NCBI GenBank assembly: GCA_053919585.1
Contig: CM132785.1
DNA from: Euprymna scolopes
Taxonomy: Eukaryota
Length of the DNA stretch: 64,000 nucleotides
Strand: one strand, 5' to 3'
The position numbers and the translations under genes are program-made. Below the pieces are notes generated by a model. That model made no database searches. It was not told where the DNA came from and saw only the letters and a program-made list of their open reading frames with translations. Positions 24,231-37,313 of the stretch are shown here, piece by piece (position 1 is the first letter of the stretch; every line of letters starts with the position of its first letter).

Positions 24231-24617
24231 TTGTAGTCCTCGACATAGAGTCCTGTTTCGTTGTATCACAACTCATCAGTGCTGCTAGACAAGCCGAGGA
24301 TTGAACCTAGAACAATGGCGTTGACAGTTCGCAGTTCTACAGATCGCCCCACGGGAGCGGCGCCCGTAAATTATCTCGCCAAATGTCTATTTTAAACAAA
24401 CATTTAACCATCACTTTTACAGTGCCCCAACTGCTTATTAACGAACAAACAGCGAGTCTCGCCTTTTTCAACTAAATTAGTAGCGGGTGAGGTTATTTAC
24501 GACAGTACTCTACCCAAAGAGGGGGCTTAAAAAATATTTGTAGTCATCGACATACAGTCCTGTTTCGTTTTATCACAACTCATCAGTGCCGCTAGACTAG
24601 CACCTCTCCCAAGCCGA
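24231..24617 (-). mobile_element. Diverged second array (~1.25 units, ~307-bp period) of the same tRNA-headed HHR family
   Basis: Homologous to 21311-21954 along its length and starts at a (TA)n tract. HHRs lie at 24235-24290 (stem I and III mismatches) and 24542-24598. Confidence 0.85.
24542..24598 (-). ncRNA. Type I hammerhead ribozyme
   Basis: CGGCA CUGAUGA GUU-GUGAUAA-AAC GAA ACAG-GA-CUGU A^ UGUCG, followed on the minus strand by T6. Confidence 0.85.
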
Positions 24618-24861
24618 TACCTTACTGAAGTGACGAATAAATTTAACTATATATATTTTGTCTTGAATGATTATTATGCAATGATCCACCCACAATTGTT
24701 GAGCTTCATAGGTCCCTATATAAAGGTTTGTATGATTTTATATGATATAGTGATTCGTGTTTATTTGTAATCCTTGTCAGATAATTAAAATGTTGTACAT
24801 CTTCCTTGTTTTGAATTTAAATAAATTTCCAATAATAATATTTTTCTATTGCATATATATA

Positions 24862-24879
24862 TCTATGATATAAAGCTGA

Positions 24880-24949
<70 letters not shown>

Positions 24950-25669
24950 TCACGAATAGGCTCCTATATGGTTGACTATTTTAAGAAACTGATTGCATAT
25001 AATGATAGAAAATGTATCGAGACACAGGAATGGGCATGTTTGATCTGGCAGAACGGTGGTTCATTAAAATTGTGGGGTCTGCATTCACGCCTGGTCCACA
25101 AAGTATCGAAATAAAAAAATTAAAAATTAAAAAAAAAACGCTTACAAGTGTTTTTGATATAGATGTACATAAGAATACTTTGATAAGTATGTTTTAACTT
25201 AAATAGGGATGGTATAATAAAATTGTGGGGTCTGCGTTCGCGCCTGGCCTCCATAAAATGGAAATAGGCACAAACTTTAATAAAGACTTTTCATATCTAT
25301 CTGCGTAAGTATACTTTGATAATTATGTTTCAGTTTGAAGAAATATGGTAAAATAAAATTATTGGGTGCTCGTTCGCACCTGACCTCCATAGAATGGAAA
25401 TATGTCACAAAGTTTAACAAGGTTTTTTAATATAGATCCACAGAATATTATGATAAGTGTTTCAGTATGAACAGATATGGTATAATAAATTATGGGGTTT
25501 ATCTATTTTATTTTTACTTTCATCATATTTTGCTTTGGTTTTGATTTCCCCAAATTCGAAGCTATCTCTTTACAACCTTTCCTTTTCATAACCTATCAGA
25601 CTTTCATAAATGAGAGTCCATTTTCTGTAGGCTGTTTTTGAACCCAGTCAACGACGGGTATTTTTGCTG

Positions 25670-25670
<1 letters not shown>
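24862..25670 (+). mobile_element. Non-autonomous Helitron (family 2), with (TG)n and internal subrepeats
   Basis: A^TCTATGATATAAAGCTGAA(TG)n...CCCAGTCAACGACGGG hairpin...CTGG^T; a deleted copy is at 19990-20380 and a minus copy at 52072-53839. Confidence 0.85.
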
Positions 25671-25757
<87 letters not shown>

Positions 25758-26199
25758 CGGCGATTAATCGAAATCGGGAATCAGAAAAATCTTTTGGGGG
25801 TATCGGAATCGGTATCGAAATCAGAAAAATGTGTACATATTTTCCGATGCAAAAACGATTCCTTTAATTATCTTTGTTTATTTGCTTTTGTTTTTAAAAA
25901 AAAACCTACCACGGTTAGTAGTAATAATAATATAATAAATATTTATTGATTTTAAACTACCAGTAAAACTAAAATCTCTAGATCATCCCTCGCAATTTTA
26001 TTCTCACGTTTTAGAAAATATATGCACCTTTAACATTTGTATTTAGGTTAATCTGATAAAAATAACAACATTATAGTTCAATATTTAGAGATTTATAAAG
26101 AATCGGAATCGGTAATCGTATCGGAATCGAGAAATTAGTGCAGTGTAGGGAATTGCATCGGAATCAGGAAAATATTGGAATCGTTCCATCACTAATAAT

Positions 26200-26275
26200 T
26201 AGATCACCGAAGTAAAGTTGATCTTGGTTAGTACCAGATGGGTGACCAGTTTGGGAATTCCAGGCGCTGTATATC
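26200..26275 (+). pseudogene. 5S rRNA-derived fragment
   Basis: GATCACCGAAGTAAAG...GGTTAGTACCAGATGGGTGACC...GGGAATTCCAGGCGCTGTA. Confidence 0.7.
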
Positions 26276-26440
26276 GGAGGACGTCAACACCTCCATTTAA
26301 GAGTTGCAAAACTTAACGTCAACATCTCCCCTAACAGGGATATACATGCGACTGGGGACCGTTTGTGAATTTCATATTCCCGTGGAACTTCCTCTTTCAG
26401 AGGAAACCGGTTGAACCCGCATAGAGTTAATGCCGTTTCC

Positions 26441-26497
<57 letters not shown>

Positions 26498-26514
26498 ATT
26501 TATAAAGTGGCGAT

Positions 26515-26567
26515 TAAGCTACACTGAATAATCGGCGTTTCATCCACTCTAGGATTCCTCAGGCTTA
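26515..26567 (-). ncRNA. Type I hammerhead ribozyme
   Basis: UAAGC CUGAGGA AUCC-UAGAGU-GGAU GAA ACGC-CGAUUAUUCA-GUGU A^ GCUUA, lying between two (TA)n tracts. Confidence 0.82.
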
Positions 26568-26739
26568 TGTACGAATTCTGTGGTTGTTTATCGTTTTTAT
26601 ATGGTCCTTTTCTATTTCTAAATTTTATAAATTACTAACTAGCTCTACCTACGTATTGAGCACTTTTGAAGTAAATACTAAAAGTTTACGCACAAATCTA
26701 TACTTTCGTATATTAATTTTATGTGAGTAAATGAAGTAG

Positions 26740-26805
<66 letters not shown>

Positions 26806-28255
26806 AAAACTCATGTGCGAGCATCTACGATACAATAATATCCTGGGGGACAGCAGATGTGTTGAGTATCCCGAACCTGTGAGATGTGATGTCCATGTAA
26901 AAAGCGGAGCAAAAGTAGGCACCTTCATTTCTTTCCAGAGATTCGTTCTCTTCACTGGATTTTGCGATGCCGCACACACGAACACACGCACAATGATTGA
27001 ACCGTTTTGTCATTGGTGTGTAAACACGAAAACAACTACACTCGATTCGTTACCTCTTCAGTAAAGGGGGAAACAAGATGGCTGAGGGAGGGAGCTTCTT
27101 AACGATATTCGCCGGTAAAGGGCATAATCGCGCACACACATGCACACACACACCAAGGTGTTACGTACGGCATGAAAAAAAAAATGGAACCTTTGGAAGA
27201 TCTTCACTGTTCCAGTAATTAGCAACACTTCATGAAAAAGAATTTTAAAAAATACTAGACAAATATACCCGGTGAACAAAGTGCAAGCCAAATACAAACA
27301 ATTGCACTTAAAAAGACCGTTAGAATTTTTTTTTTTTTAATCTCTCAATTAGAATATATGGGATAGCGCGTGAGTGTCTGGCATCCGGTAGGATGCCCTA
27401 TCTTTATCTAAAACAAAATGATAGAAAATCTAGAAAAAAGAGTGCAGATATGCGCATCAAGCGTATGTGTGTGATTTCTGTAAAAATGTCTTCTACGTTT
27501 ATCTTATTTTTCCCCAAAATTACTTTTAATTTTTTTTTTTTTTTTTTTTTTTTTTTGAATAGGCTTATTGAAAGTTAAATTTCACGATGACGGAATCGTT
27601 TTGTTAATAAATTAAAAAAGTTAGCAGATGAGCTGTTGGTTATTATTAGGCTTGTGACAACAGAATATTCTTTTTATTGTTTGGACTCTCTAGTATATAT
27701 CCGTTAATATCTTATATGTTTATATAGACTGATGTGATTCTCGGTTGATTAACTGTGTCTAACTGTGCCGGGTATATACTCGAGAGTCAAAAGAATGAAA
27801 AGAATATGCTGTTGTCACAGCCCTTATTATTATTAAAAAGTTGACTCAACAGCTTTATACAACACTAAAACTAATTTTCTTAACGTAATATTGTTTTAAT
27901 GTATTTATAAAATTATTGGATTTAAATGACTTCTAGAACGTGCAATGTTTTAAATGCGTGAGTATTTGCTAAAATATTTGACGCCAAAAATGACTTTCTA
28001 TTATCCAGAATTAGACAGTTTTTACTTTTCCGGTCATCATTAAAACAGGATGAATAATATTTTAACACAGGAAATTATTCGTTCTAAGTAAAAAAAAAAA
28101 AAAGTAACAATTGGTAAATTGTGTTGACCCTTTTTATCTTTTGATAGTTTATTCCTTCACTTAATTTAATCACTTAACACCGCACTATAAAAATACCTCA
28201 TCGTGCCACAGCACTACTGCGTTACTTTAACTAATACCACGAAAAAAATAAAACT

Positions 28256-28291
<36 letters not shown>

Positions 28292-29012
28292 CACGTTTAT
28301 TCGAATAGTTTTTTTTTATATTAAATATCATAACGTTTTTATTAACTCTCCCTTTCTTTTCTCCACCTTTCCTGTGTATTAATTTTATCCGACTCCATTT
28401 ATTTTCTTTACGACATTTAAATAAATTTTGTTGTAATTCTACATAATTTAACTCAAAATTTCCACTTATATTATTGCTCCATCTCACATATTGAACTTTA
28501 TTTATCTGCTTGGGATCGTCTGATAAATATTGATACTAATATTTATTTGGACTGTAGGTTTACAGTATTATATAATCTGTAATTCTACNNNNNNNNNNNN
28601 NNNNNNNNNNNNNNNNNNNNNNNNNNNNNNNNNNNNNNNNNNNNNNNNNNNNNNNNNNNNNNNNNNNNNNNNNNNNNNNNNNNNNNNNNNNNNNNNNNNN
28701 NNNNNNNNNNNNNNNNNNNNNNNNNNNNNNNNNNNNNNNNNNNNNNNNNNNNNNNNNNNNNNNNNNNNNNNNNNNNNNNNNNNNNNNNNNNNNNNNNCTC
28801 CTGAATTAAAACAAGGTTATTAAGAGTGCTCAATAAAAAAGAGCAAAATATAATATTTTTATTTATATAGACAAATATTACTCATCAATTAAAAACAATC
28901 CATGATGACAATAAAATAGAAAAATATACTTGAATTTATCAAACGAAATGATAAATATACGCAAAAAGGGTCTGGAACGAATTTTTAACTCTTGCCGACA
29001 GGTTGAGATCTA

Positions 29013-29377
29013 CAGGGCTTGTTCCAGAAGTAATGCCTCCTTTTTTATTCCACCCGAATGGATCAAAGGTGATTGCAAATTGCATTGTCATGATGATTGG
29101 ACTTATTGACGCATTCTAGATATGAAAGTTTCATCTCTCTGTTGCAGATATTAACAGTGTAAGACTTTAAGAAAGCAATTCCTGTCATGGACATGCGTTA
29201 AAAGCGAAAATTTGCCATTGCTTTCCTGGCAAAAGTGCATTGAAAATGCTGGTAACTATACAAAAATCATTTCCGGAACACAAAAATCTATTTGTTTTAA
29301 TGGCAACACTCCTGTCTTCAGAACTCTTTAACATTTAAGTTAAAAAATAGGAGGCTTTACTTTTGGAATGATCATCG
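29013..29377. mobile_element. Mariner-type non-autonomous remnant
   Basis: TA-CAGGGCTTGTTCCAGAAGTAATGCCTCC ... GGAGGCTTTACTTTTGGAATGATCATCG-TA. Confidence 0.65.
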
Positions 29378-30444
29378 TATGAAAAAGCACGCTCCGAGCG
29401 CCCATGCCTAGCCATCTTTCAATGCTTGCAAAGGTGCATAAAGAAAGGTAGTGACTATATAGAAAAATAAATTCTGGGACAAAAAGGTCGCTCTTTCAAT
29501 GGTACCACTCCCGACTTCGTAGCTCTTCAGCTTTCTGAGCAAAACAAAATAAGGGGTCGGTGCAAATTTTTTCTGCCGTTTTGTAAAAGAGCATTTCATG
29601 CACATTGATATGCTTAAACATATCACCATGATTAATTTTGAACTTTGTTTCTTTCAGATTATTAAAACACCTTCAACTGTATCTTTTTGAACTCGAGAAT
29701 CTGTACGGAATTTCGAACGGAACCCTTTACTTAATCCATAGGAATAGTATACTTTTTTCCGTAAATCATGACTAGATAGAAGTTCTGAATGATTCACAAT
29801 TATATTTTAGTGCGGACACGTGGCGTAGGGGATGAAGCCCTTGCTAAAATTCAGTTGTAAAGTTACAATTTTTGGGAGATTGAAGGTTCAAACCTCAATG
29901 CGGGCGACACTACAATATAATTGCGAGTTACTTAAAACGTCTATCCAATCATGCTGACAAAACGAGGGCATGCCATTTACGTTGATTAAATAAAACGTTC
30001 AAAATTTCGTACAGAATTTTGAGTTCCTATTTACAATGCCTCCCCACGGGACAGAGTTAAATACCAGGGTGGTTTTTAACGTGGAGAAAACGAACAAAAA
30101 TTAAAAAATGTCTCAGTCGTGAAGGAATTCTGAAGAACAGATACTACACTGTGATCTCAGCCCAAAGACCAAAAAGATTTCTGAGTTCAAAGAGATACAT
30201 TCAAGAAGGTCGGAGATTACATTGACTGAAATTGCAAATAACAATCAAGATGCGAACAACCGTCTGTCGAATCCAAATAAACCGAATAATTAAACCTCAC
30301 CTCAAAATTTCAGAAGTGTAAAGGTGGTTCTTGTTATAAATAAACTAAAATCACACAAGTTATCATTTTCTAGATGAAATTTTTATTTAGCAAAAAATTT
30401 GCACGATCTGCTATGCTGGTTTTTATTTTTTCTTTTGCTTTTTT

Positions 30445-32345
30445 TGGGAGTCACGACTTATCAAGGCCTAAAGGTTATTCGAGGACAAAGGTTACTGAAA
30501 GTAAGGCGGTAGTGTACTAATCGTTAATTGGGTAAGTCGAGTACATTTTGTTTATTTATGGGGACGGTTCCACAAGAACTTGTTTACATTGGATTTGAAG
30601 GTGACCATGTTGTATTCAATCGGGAAGCAAAACAGCGGAAGAATGTTCCAGAGGCGGACAATTCTGGGAAAGAAGCTTTGCTCATGGAATCTGCATTTAA
30701 ATTTAGGCACAGATAGAGAGTAGAGTGAATCGTATATAGTGGTGGTAGCTAGTCTATCTATATAAAAGTCAAGTACGTCCAAGGATGGAATACTGTTGCC
30801 ATATCTGGGCAGGAGCTGCTAAAAACAGCCTATCCTGCCTTGACAGAGTACAAAATAGACTTCATGGCTTAGTGGGGGATGCCCTTTTCTCTACCCTGCA
30901 ACCTCTCTCCCACAGAAGAGACGTTGCGAACCTATCCTTGTTTTATCGTTATTTCCATGGCAGGTGCTTGTCTGAACTCCAATCTCTGGTCCCCCTCGCC
31001 AATCTTTCACGAAAAACACCCGTCTAGCTGAATCCACTGTGAAAAATTTACCCCACTCTGTATCTGTGCCTAAATCAAAACGCGGATTCCATGAACAAAG
31101 CTTCTTTCTTAGAACTGCACGCCTGTGGAACTCTGTTCCGTCTGCCTGCTTCCCACCGGACTACAACTTGGATGTCTTCAAGTCCAACGTAAACAAATTC
31201 CTAATGAACCGCCCCCTTAAGTAAACACTTCGTCAAATCTCCACACTAACGTAATGTACTTGCAATAACCCTTATCCCTGAGTGGCTTCCGGGCCTTGAT
31301 AAGTGGTGATCACTGTGTAAAAAAAAAAGTGTGTTTTCGTGAAAGTTTGGCAAAGAGCGGACCATAGATTGGAGTTCAGTCGAGCACTTGCCATGAAAAT
31401 AATGATAAAGCACAGACAGGCCCACAACGTCTCTTCTGGGGGGGGGAGACTGCAGGAAAGAGAAAAAAGCATCACCTACTAAGTTTTCAAACCAGTTTTG
31501 AACTCTACCAGGGCTGGATATGACAACAACATCTATGGAGCACAGTAATTACTGGGTATACAACTACAAGACTTAACATTCCCATCCCCTCGCGATTAAT
31601 AACCTGAAGAACGCCAGAGGATAAGTCTTTTTGTTTGTTTTTTTACATAGGCATAACCACTTGTCAAGGCCCAGAGACCACTCGAGGATAAGGGTTAGGA
31701 GTGTATAGTAGTCAATTGGACAATATAGTAATCATTACTAATGGAGATAAGGTAAATTTGTTAACTTAAGTGGAACGGCTCATCAAGAACTTGTTTACGT
31801 TGGACTTGAAGACAACTATATTGCAGTCAGCTGGAAAGCAGGAAAACGGAAGACAGTTTCACAGGTGTGCAGTTCTAAGAAAGAAGCTTTGTTCATAGAA
31901 GGACCATAGATTGAAGCTCAGTCGAGCACTTGCCATGAAAATAATGATAAAGCAGAAACAAACTCGCAACATTTCTGTGAGAAAGATGTTGCAGGGAAGA
32001 GAAAAGGACATCCCCCATAAGGCTACAAAGTCTATTTTGAACTCTATCAAGGCAGGGCAAGTCCTTTCTAGCAGCTCCTGCCCAGATGTGGCAACAGTAC
32101 TCCATCCTTCGATGTATCTGGCTCTTATATAGATAGTGGGATATCAGTAGTAAGATATCTACTAGATTGATAGAAGGATCTCATCATTTTTCCAGCGGCC
32201 TTAGAAACAGATTTGATGTATGTGTTCCATTTAAGATCAGGAGTAAAGGTCAAGCCCAGAAGATTGCCAAAACATGAGGCCTCTCCAAGACGAGAGCCAT
32301 TCATTTCAATTGATGGCAGATGCCAGTTAGCGGAAAGGAGGTGAA
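30445..32345. mobile_element. Nested cluster of CR1/L2/Jockey-group LINE 3' fragments in both orientations
   Basis: MEYCCHIWAGA...LDRVQ...LQPLSHRR on + (30785-31027) and on - (31893-32105); a poly(A)-tailed 3' end at 31328. Confidence 0.8.
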
Positions 32346-32715
32346 ACAACAACAACAACTATGAAGATTAGAATAACAGTCCGCAAAAAAATGAATACAC
32401 TAATGCAACCTGTAATATAAAAGGAATCTACTGTTGATTTTATATGTGGAGCCTTTCGGATTGTGTGATAATAAAAGTTCTCAAATGCACATCTGATATA
32501 AGGCTGTAAAAGATGTAAACTTTGATCAAAATCACCGGTTTCAACTTTCATCGGATTATTTCAATTATCGATACTTATCGAAGACATACCGACACAAAAC
32601 CAATCTGAGAACTCTGCCAGGCATATAAAGTGCCTTCGTGTGAAATCTTATAAAAATTGGCCCAGTCCTTTTGGAGTCCAGAGGGAACAAATTCACAGAC
32701 ATACAGACACGTTCC

Positions 32716-32807
<92 letters not shown>

Positions 32808-32932
32808 TATTGTTGTTTTTTCAAGCGATAAACACGGTTAATATTGGCTCCGCCTCGAAGCTCATTTTTTTATTTACTTAGAAAGTCGCCCTTTAATTTG
32901 TTTTTATTTATTTATTATTTTTAAACAGTAAT

Positions 32933-32977
32933 CTACGTACACGCGTGTTTCGAGGTAATTACCTCTCGTCAGCGTAG
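32933..32977 (-). ncRNA. Type I hammerhead ribozyme with palindromic stem III
   Basis: Minus strand CUACG CUGACGA GAGGU-AAUU-ACCUC GAA ACAC-GC-GUGU A^ CGUAG; all stems are perfect Watson-Crick. Confidence 0.93.
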
Positions 32978-32985
32978 CTCAGCTG

Positions 32986-33053
32986 TTTCTAGGGATCGAA
33001 CGTCAGACCATGTTTACCACAGTCCGGTGGCTTAACCGTTAGGCCACAAACCC
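32986..33053 (-). mobile_element. tRNA-derived (His-like, GTG) SINE head immediately upstream of the HHR
   Basis: Minus strand GGGTTTGTGGCCTAACGGTTAAGCCACCGGACTGTGG...GACGTTCGATCCCTAG has A-box TGGCCTAACGG and B-box GTTCGATCCC, with an imperfect cloverleaf. Confidence 0.7.
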
Positions 33054-33717
33054 TATATATATATATATTCTTCCACTTATAAAATATATGCTNNNNNNNN
33101 NNNNNNNNNNNNNNNNNNNNNNNNNNNNNNNNNNNNNNNNNNNNNNNNNNNNNNNNNNNNNNNNNNNNNNNNNNNNNNNNNNNNNNNNNNNNNNNNNNNN
33201 NNNNNNNNNNNNNNNNNNNNNNNNNNNNNNNNNNNNNNNNNNNNNNNNNNNNNNNNNNNNNNNNNNNNNNNNNNNNNNNNNNNNNNNNNNNNNNNNNNNN
33301 NNNNNNNNNNNNNNNNNNNNNNNNNNNNNNNNNNNNNNNNNNNNNNNGTCTTAGACCTGTTCCGTCTGCCATTCAACGACACACCTGTAAGATAAAATAA
33401 ATTTGAAAGAAAAAATATGAATATCTATTTCGCTTTATAATGTTTACTACTGATACACACACGCATACATATATATGTTGCATAGGAGACATATTTGGAG
33501 ATTATTGAATAAAAGTGGTCACCGTAACCAAAACACCGAATATATTGCATAGGGGGCATTCATATTGGAGAGAGACGGGGACATGTAATACAAGATATAC
33601 GATGGTGATGAGGGAGAGAAGACCTTAGACATTTATACCGTTATTTGATGTTTTTTCTTATAACACAGATAGCGAGGAGGGAGTGGGTGATCAGTTCTTA
33701 TAATACAGAGGGGACAG

Positions 33718-33851
33718 TCATTACTTATAATAGAGAGGGGGAACATTACTTAGATAGTGAGGAGGGAACATTACTTAGATAGTGAGGGGGAACATTACTT
33801 AGATAGTGAGGAGGGAACATTACTTAGATAGTGAGGGGGAACATTACTTAG
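33718..33851. repeat. 23-25 bp minisatellite
   Basis: About 5.5 copies of (GAA)CATTACTTAGATAGTGAGG(A)GGG. Confidence 0.85.
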
Positions 33852-35248
33852 GATGGGTGATACAAAGTTCATTAAAGATGATTACACATTACCTTTGTTG
33901 AAGAAAGACGACACGAAGACGGCAGTTACAAAAATATGAGATGTTCTTTTATTCCATTTGACCGGTCGAAATGATGATTACTTCCAGGAATTCAAAGTCG
34001 ACTACATGATTAAACGTTTCCCCTTCGCTTCTAAAGGGACTCTCCTCTGGCTGCCTTTGTTGACTGCTCGGTCTGCCCGACTACCCCTGATCTTCGTCTC
34101 TAGCTCATATATTGAGAATTAATTTCTGTAATGACGTCATACATGTGTCTGTCAACGTGATCGACCCACGTGGCCTAAACATGCGTGGTTCGGCACGTTT
34201 CCAAACCATTTCTGCAGACAAAGAATTCTCACTTCTATTTTTTTCCTAACCCATTTTTCAACGTATTTAAATTGTATTGTTCTTTATTTTCTGACTGACC
34301 TTATTTTAATTCAATTTTCATTAAAAGAATTGAACAATTAAAATTCCTTTTACAACAACATATCTAAACTATTTCATGTGAAACTAAACAATGCTAAATT
34401 CCATTTCTGAACCTGGCTTACAAAGTTCAAATCTCGGTCTATCCTAATCTCATTTTCACTTATCTAATGTTTTTCTTACAAGAAAAGGAGAACCTTTCTT
34501 GTAAAATATACACACATATTGTATATTACATAATGTTTAGTATCACACACAAACACACACACATATGCACACACACGCGCGCACACACACACATAAATAT
34601 ATCATAGTATAATATATGTACATACACATATGTGATAAATTTAAAAAATAAGCAATATAAGGATGATATTCTTTATTCCATGGAGTTTCAAAAATTATGC
34701 CTTTTTTCTTCAGAGGAAATAACTAGCAACATAAAAGTATAGAGTTGCTTGTTAGCAATAACAATTAGAAAAAATTGAAAATTATAATTTTCGAAAAACT
34801 GAGTTAAATTGTAGAAAGATATTAAAAATGATGTCCATGAATCCAAATATAGACAAAGGATAAAATCTGATCAATAAAATTGATTGATAAACAAAAGATA
34901 GGTAAAAAAATAATATTAGAGTGAAAAAGTCTATACTCAATTAATATCTCAAGTTAGTATTAATAATATTATTTAACATGGGGCTGGCGAAGAGAATGAG
35001 TGAGAGGAGAGAANNNNNNNNNNNNNNNNNNNNNNNNNNNNNNNNNNNNNNNNNNNNNNNNNNNNNNNNNNNNNNNNNNNNNNNNNNNNNNNNNNNNNNN
35101 NNNNNNNNNNNNNNNNNNNNNNNNNNNNNNNNNNNNNNNNNNNNNNNNNNNNNNNNNNNNNNNNCTAAACTTACTTTGAATGATTTAAACAATTTAACCC
35201 GAGCACAATAAGCGACTTTACGGGGCACATTTTCTAATGCATGCATAT

Positions 35249-35320
<72 letters not shown>

Positions 35321-35631
35321 GGGGGTACAAATTACTATTTTTACTTTTGAAAAAACCTGTGTAATAATTTTTATGTTGAACGATATTATAAAAATTATGA
35401 ATATATTTTCAATGATAAGAAGTTGTCGTACATATTGAAAATCCCTACTACGATGATAGACACATTTTTTTTTACACAGTGATCACCACTTATCAAGGCC
35501 CGGAAGCCACTCAGGGATAAGGGTTATTGCAAGTAAATAATATTATTTAACATGGGGCTGGCGAAGAGAATGAGTGAGAGGAGAGAAAGAGAATGAGAGA
35601 GAGATAGAATAGATAGATAGGTAGAGAGAGA

Positions 35632-35662
<31 letters not shown>

Positions 35663-35819
35663 TCATGGCGAGCAAAGCAGATTTGATTTGATTTTAATTT
35701 TTTGACATTTTCTAAACTTACTTTGAATGATTTAAACAATTAAGGAAATAGTGTATAACTATAGGATATATAAGTATGAAAAGGATATTCTTTTTTATTT
35801 TCCTATAAAATTGTTCAAG

Positions 35820-36990
35820 CTTAAGATGGAGCATCCCACCGGATGCCAAACATTCACCCGCTAACTCAGGTATTCCAAGATCTTTTTAAGATTCTAACCC
35901 TGACTTTAAGTGCAATTGTCTGAATCTCTCTTGCACTTGATTGACCGGGTATATTTGCCAGGTTGTTTTTGAAATTCTTCTTCATGAGTTCAACCGATCT
36001 TATTTATAACTCGAATGGTAGAAATCTTAATATATCAGTGTCTTTTGACTTTCGTATTTTGTTATCCTTTCTTTTTTAACTGTTTAACTCGGCATTTGTT
36101 CCATATAACAATGTCAGGTTTTATGGCTCCGATGTTTATCTACATGGCTATAGGAATTGGATGATCATAATGGATGGTGATGACTGTTCTTTCTAATATA
36201 TTTTCCAAAGATGTTCTGCGGCATTCTATATTCATATTGTTACACACTCCATTGTGTTGGCTCGTATGGTAGATATTCCCCAGTTGGATGTCAAGTGGTT
36301 CACACTCTCTATTTCTGCGTATCAGAATCTGCACTTGTTTAGACCACTCATTTTCTTAAAAGCATTGATCACCAAACCTTGATCTTGGGAAGCCATTATA
36401 ATTCTTCCTGATCATAGTGGAACAATCCTCTTTTCAGCCAGCCTATAGAGCCTTCTTTATCAACACAGTCCTGGGTGAATTCATCCAGAAAATACTTGGC
36501 ACGTTGTTGATTGCCCAATTCTTCCAGTTGTTTTCTTTTTTTTTGTTTTTTTTTCCAATGGAAGTTCTTTGTGTATTTCTGGCGACACTTTTGTGCTATT
36601 TCTCTGGCAGATTTGTTTTCTGATTCTGTCTTCTTTGTAAGACAGTTTTGTCCAAACTCATTGGCCAGTTTTGTGATAAACGTAGTTCTTCTAGCACTTG
36701 TTTCATAGTATTCGTATACTATTTTGAGATTTAGATTTTGGAGGCTCTTAAGATATTGTCCGGTGCTTACGACTCTTGCACGATGCTGATCAATCTTCGA
36801 GAGAGACACATAGTCCCTGCTTATTTGAACGGATAGAGACTAGGCAGACACTGATTTCGGTATGTCATCATTTTCTGCGTTTTGGTGTTCAGTCTGTTTA
36901 TGTCCTTTTGTGGCGAGTCGACAATGCCAAACCTATGTCATCACAGACATGGCTAGTTGGTTGAAGGCAGTGAACTTGTTTTTGCCTGAA
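35820..36990 (-). mobile_element. Decayed R4/Dong-type LINE 3' half
   Basis: ORF 36396-36809 (...VDKEGSIGWLKRG) and a CCHC remnant (CRF*YAE..SV.HL); homologous to 2105-3045. Confidence 0.7.
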
Positions 36991-37272
36991 AATTATTATT
37001 ATTTTAATTTGAATTAAATTATGACAATATATACATAGCATTAAAACGAACCCCAATTTGTTGTATTTTATCCTCGTGAGCATTTGTCAGACTATTGGAT
37101 GGAATTAATATTACCACGGTAACATCAATTCGATGCAATATATATTTTCATAACTTACTACCTAGTTCTACTCACGTATTGAACACTGTTGAAGTAAATA
37201 CTGAAAATCGATATATTACATCTTTTATCCTCTTATCAAATGTCATGCGATACACAAAATACTACTACTACT

Positions 37273-37313
<41 letters not shown>

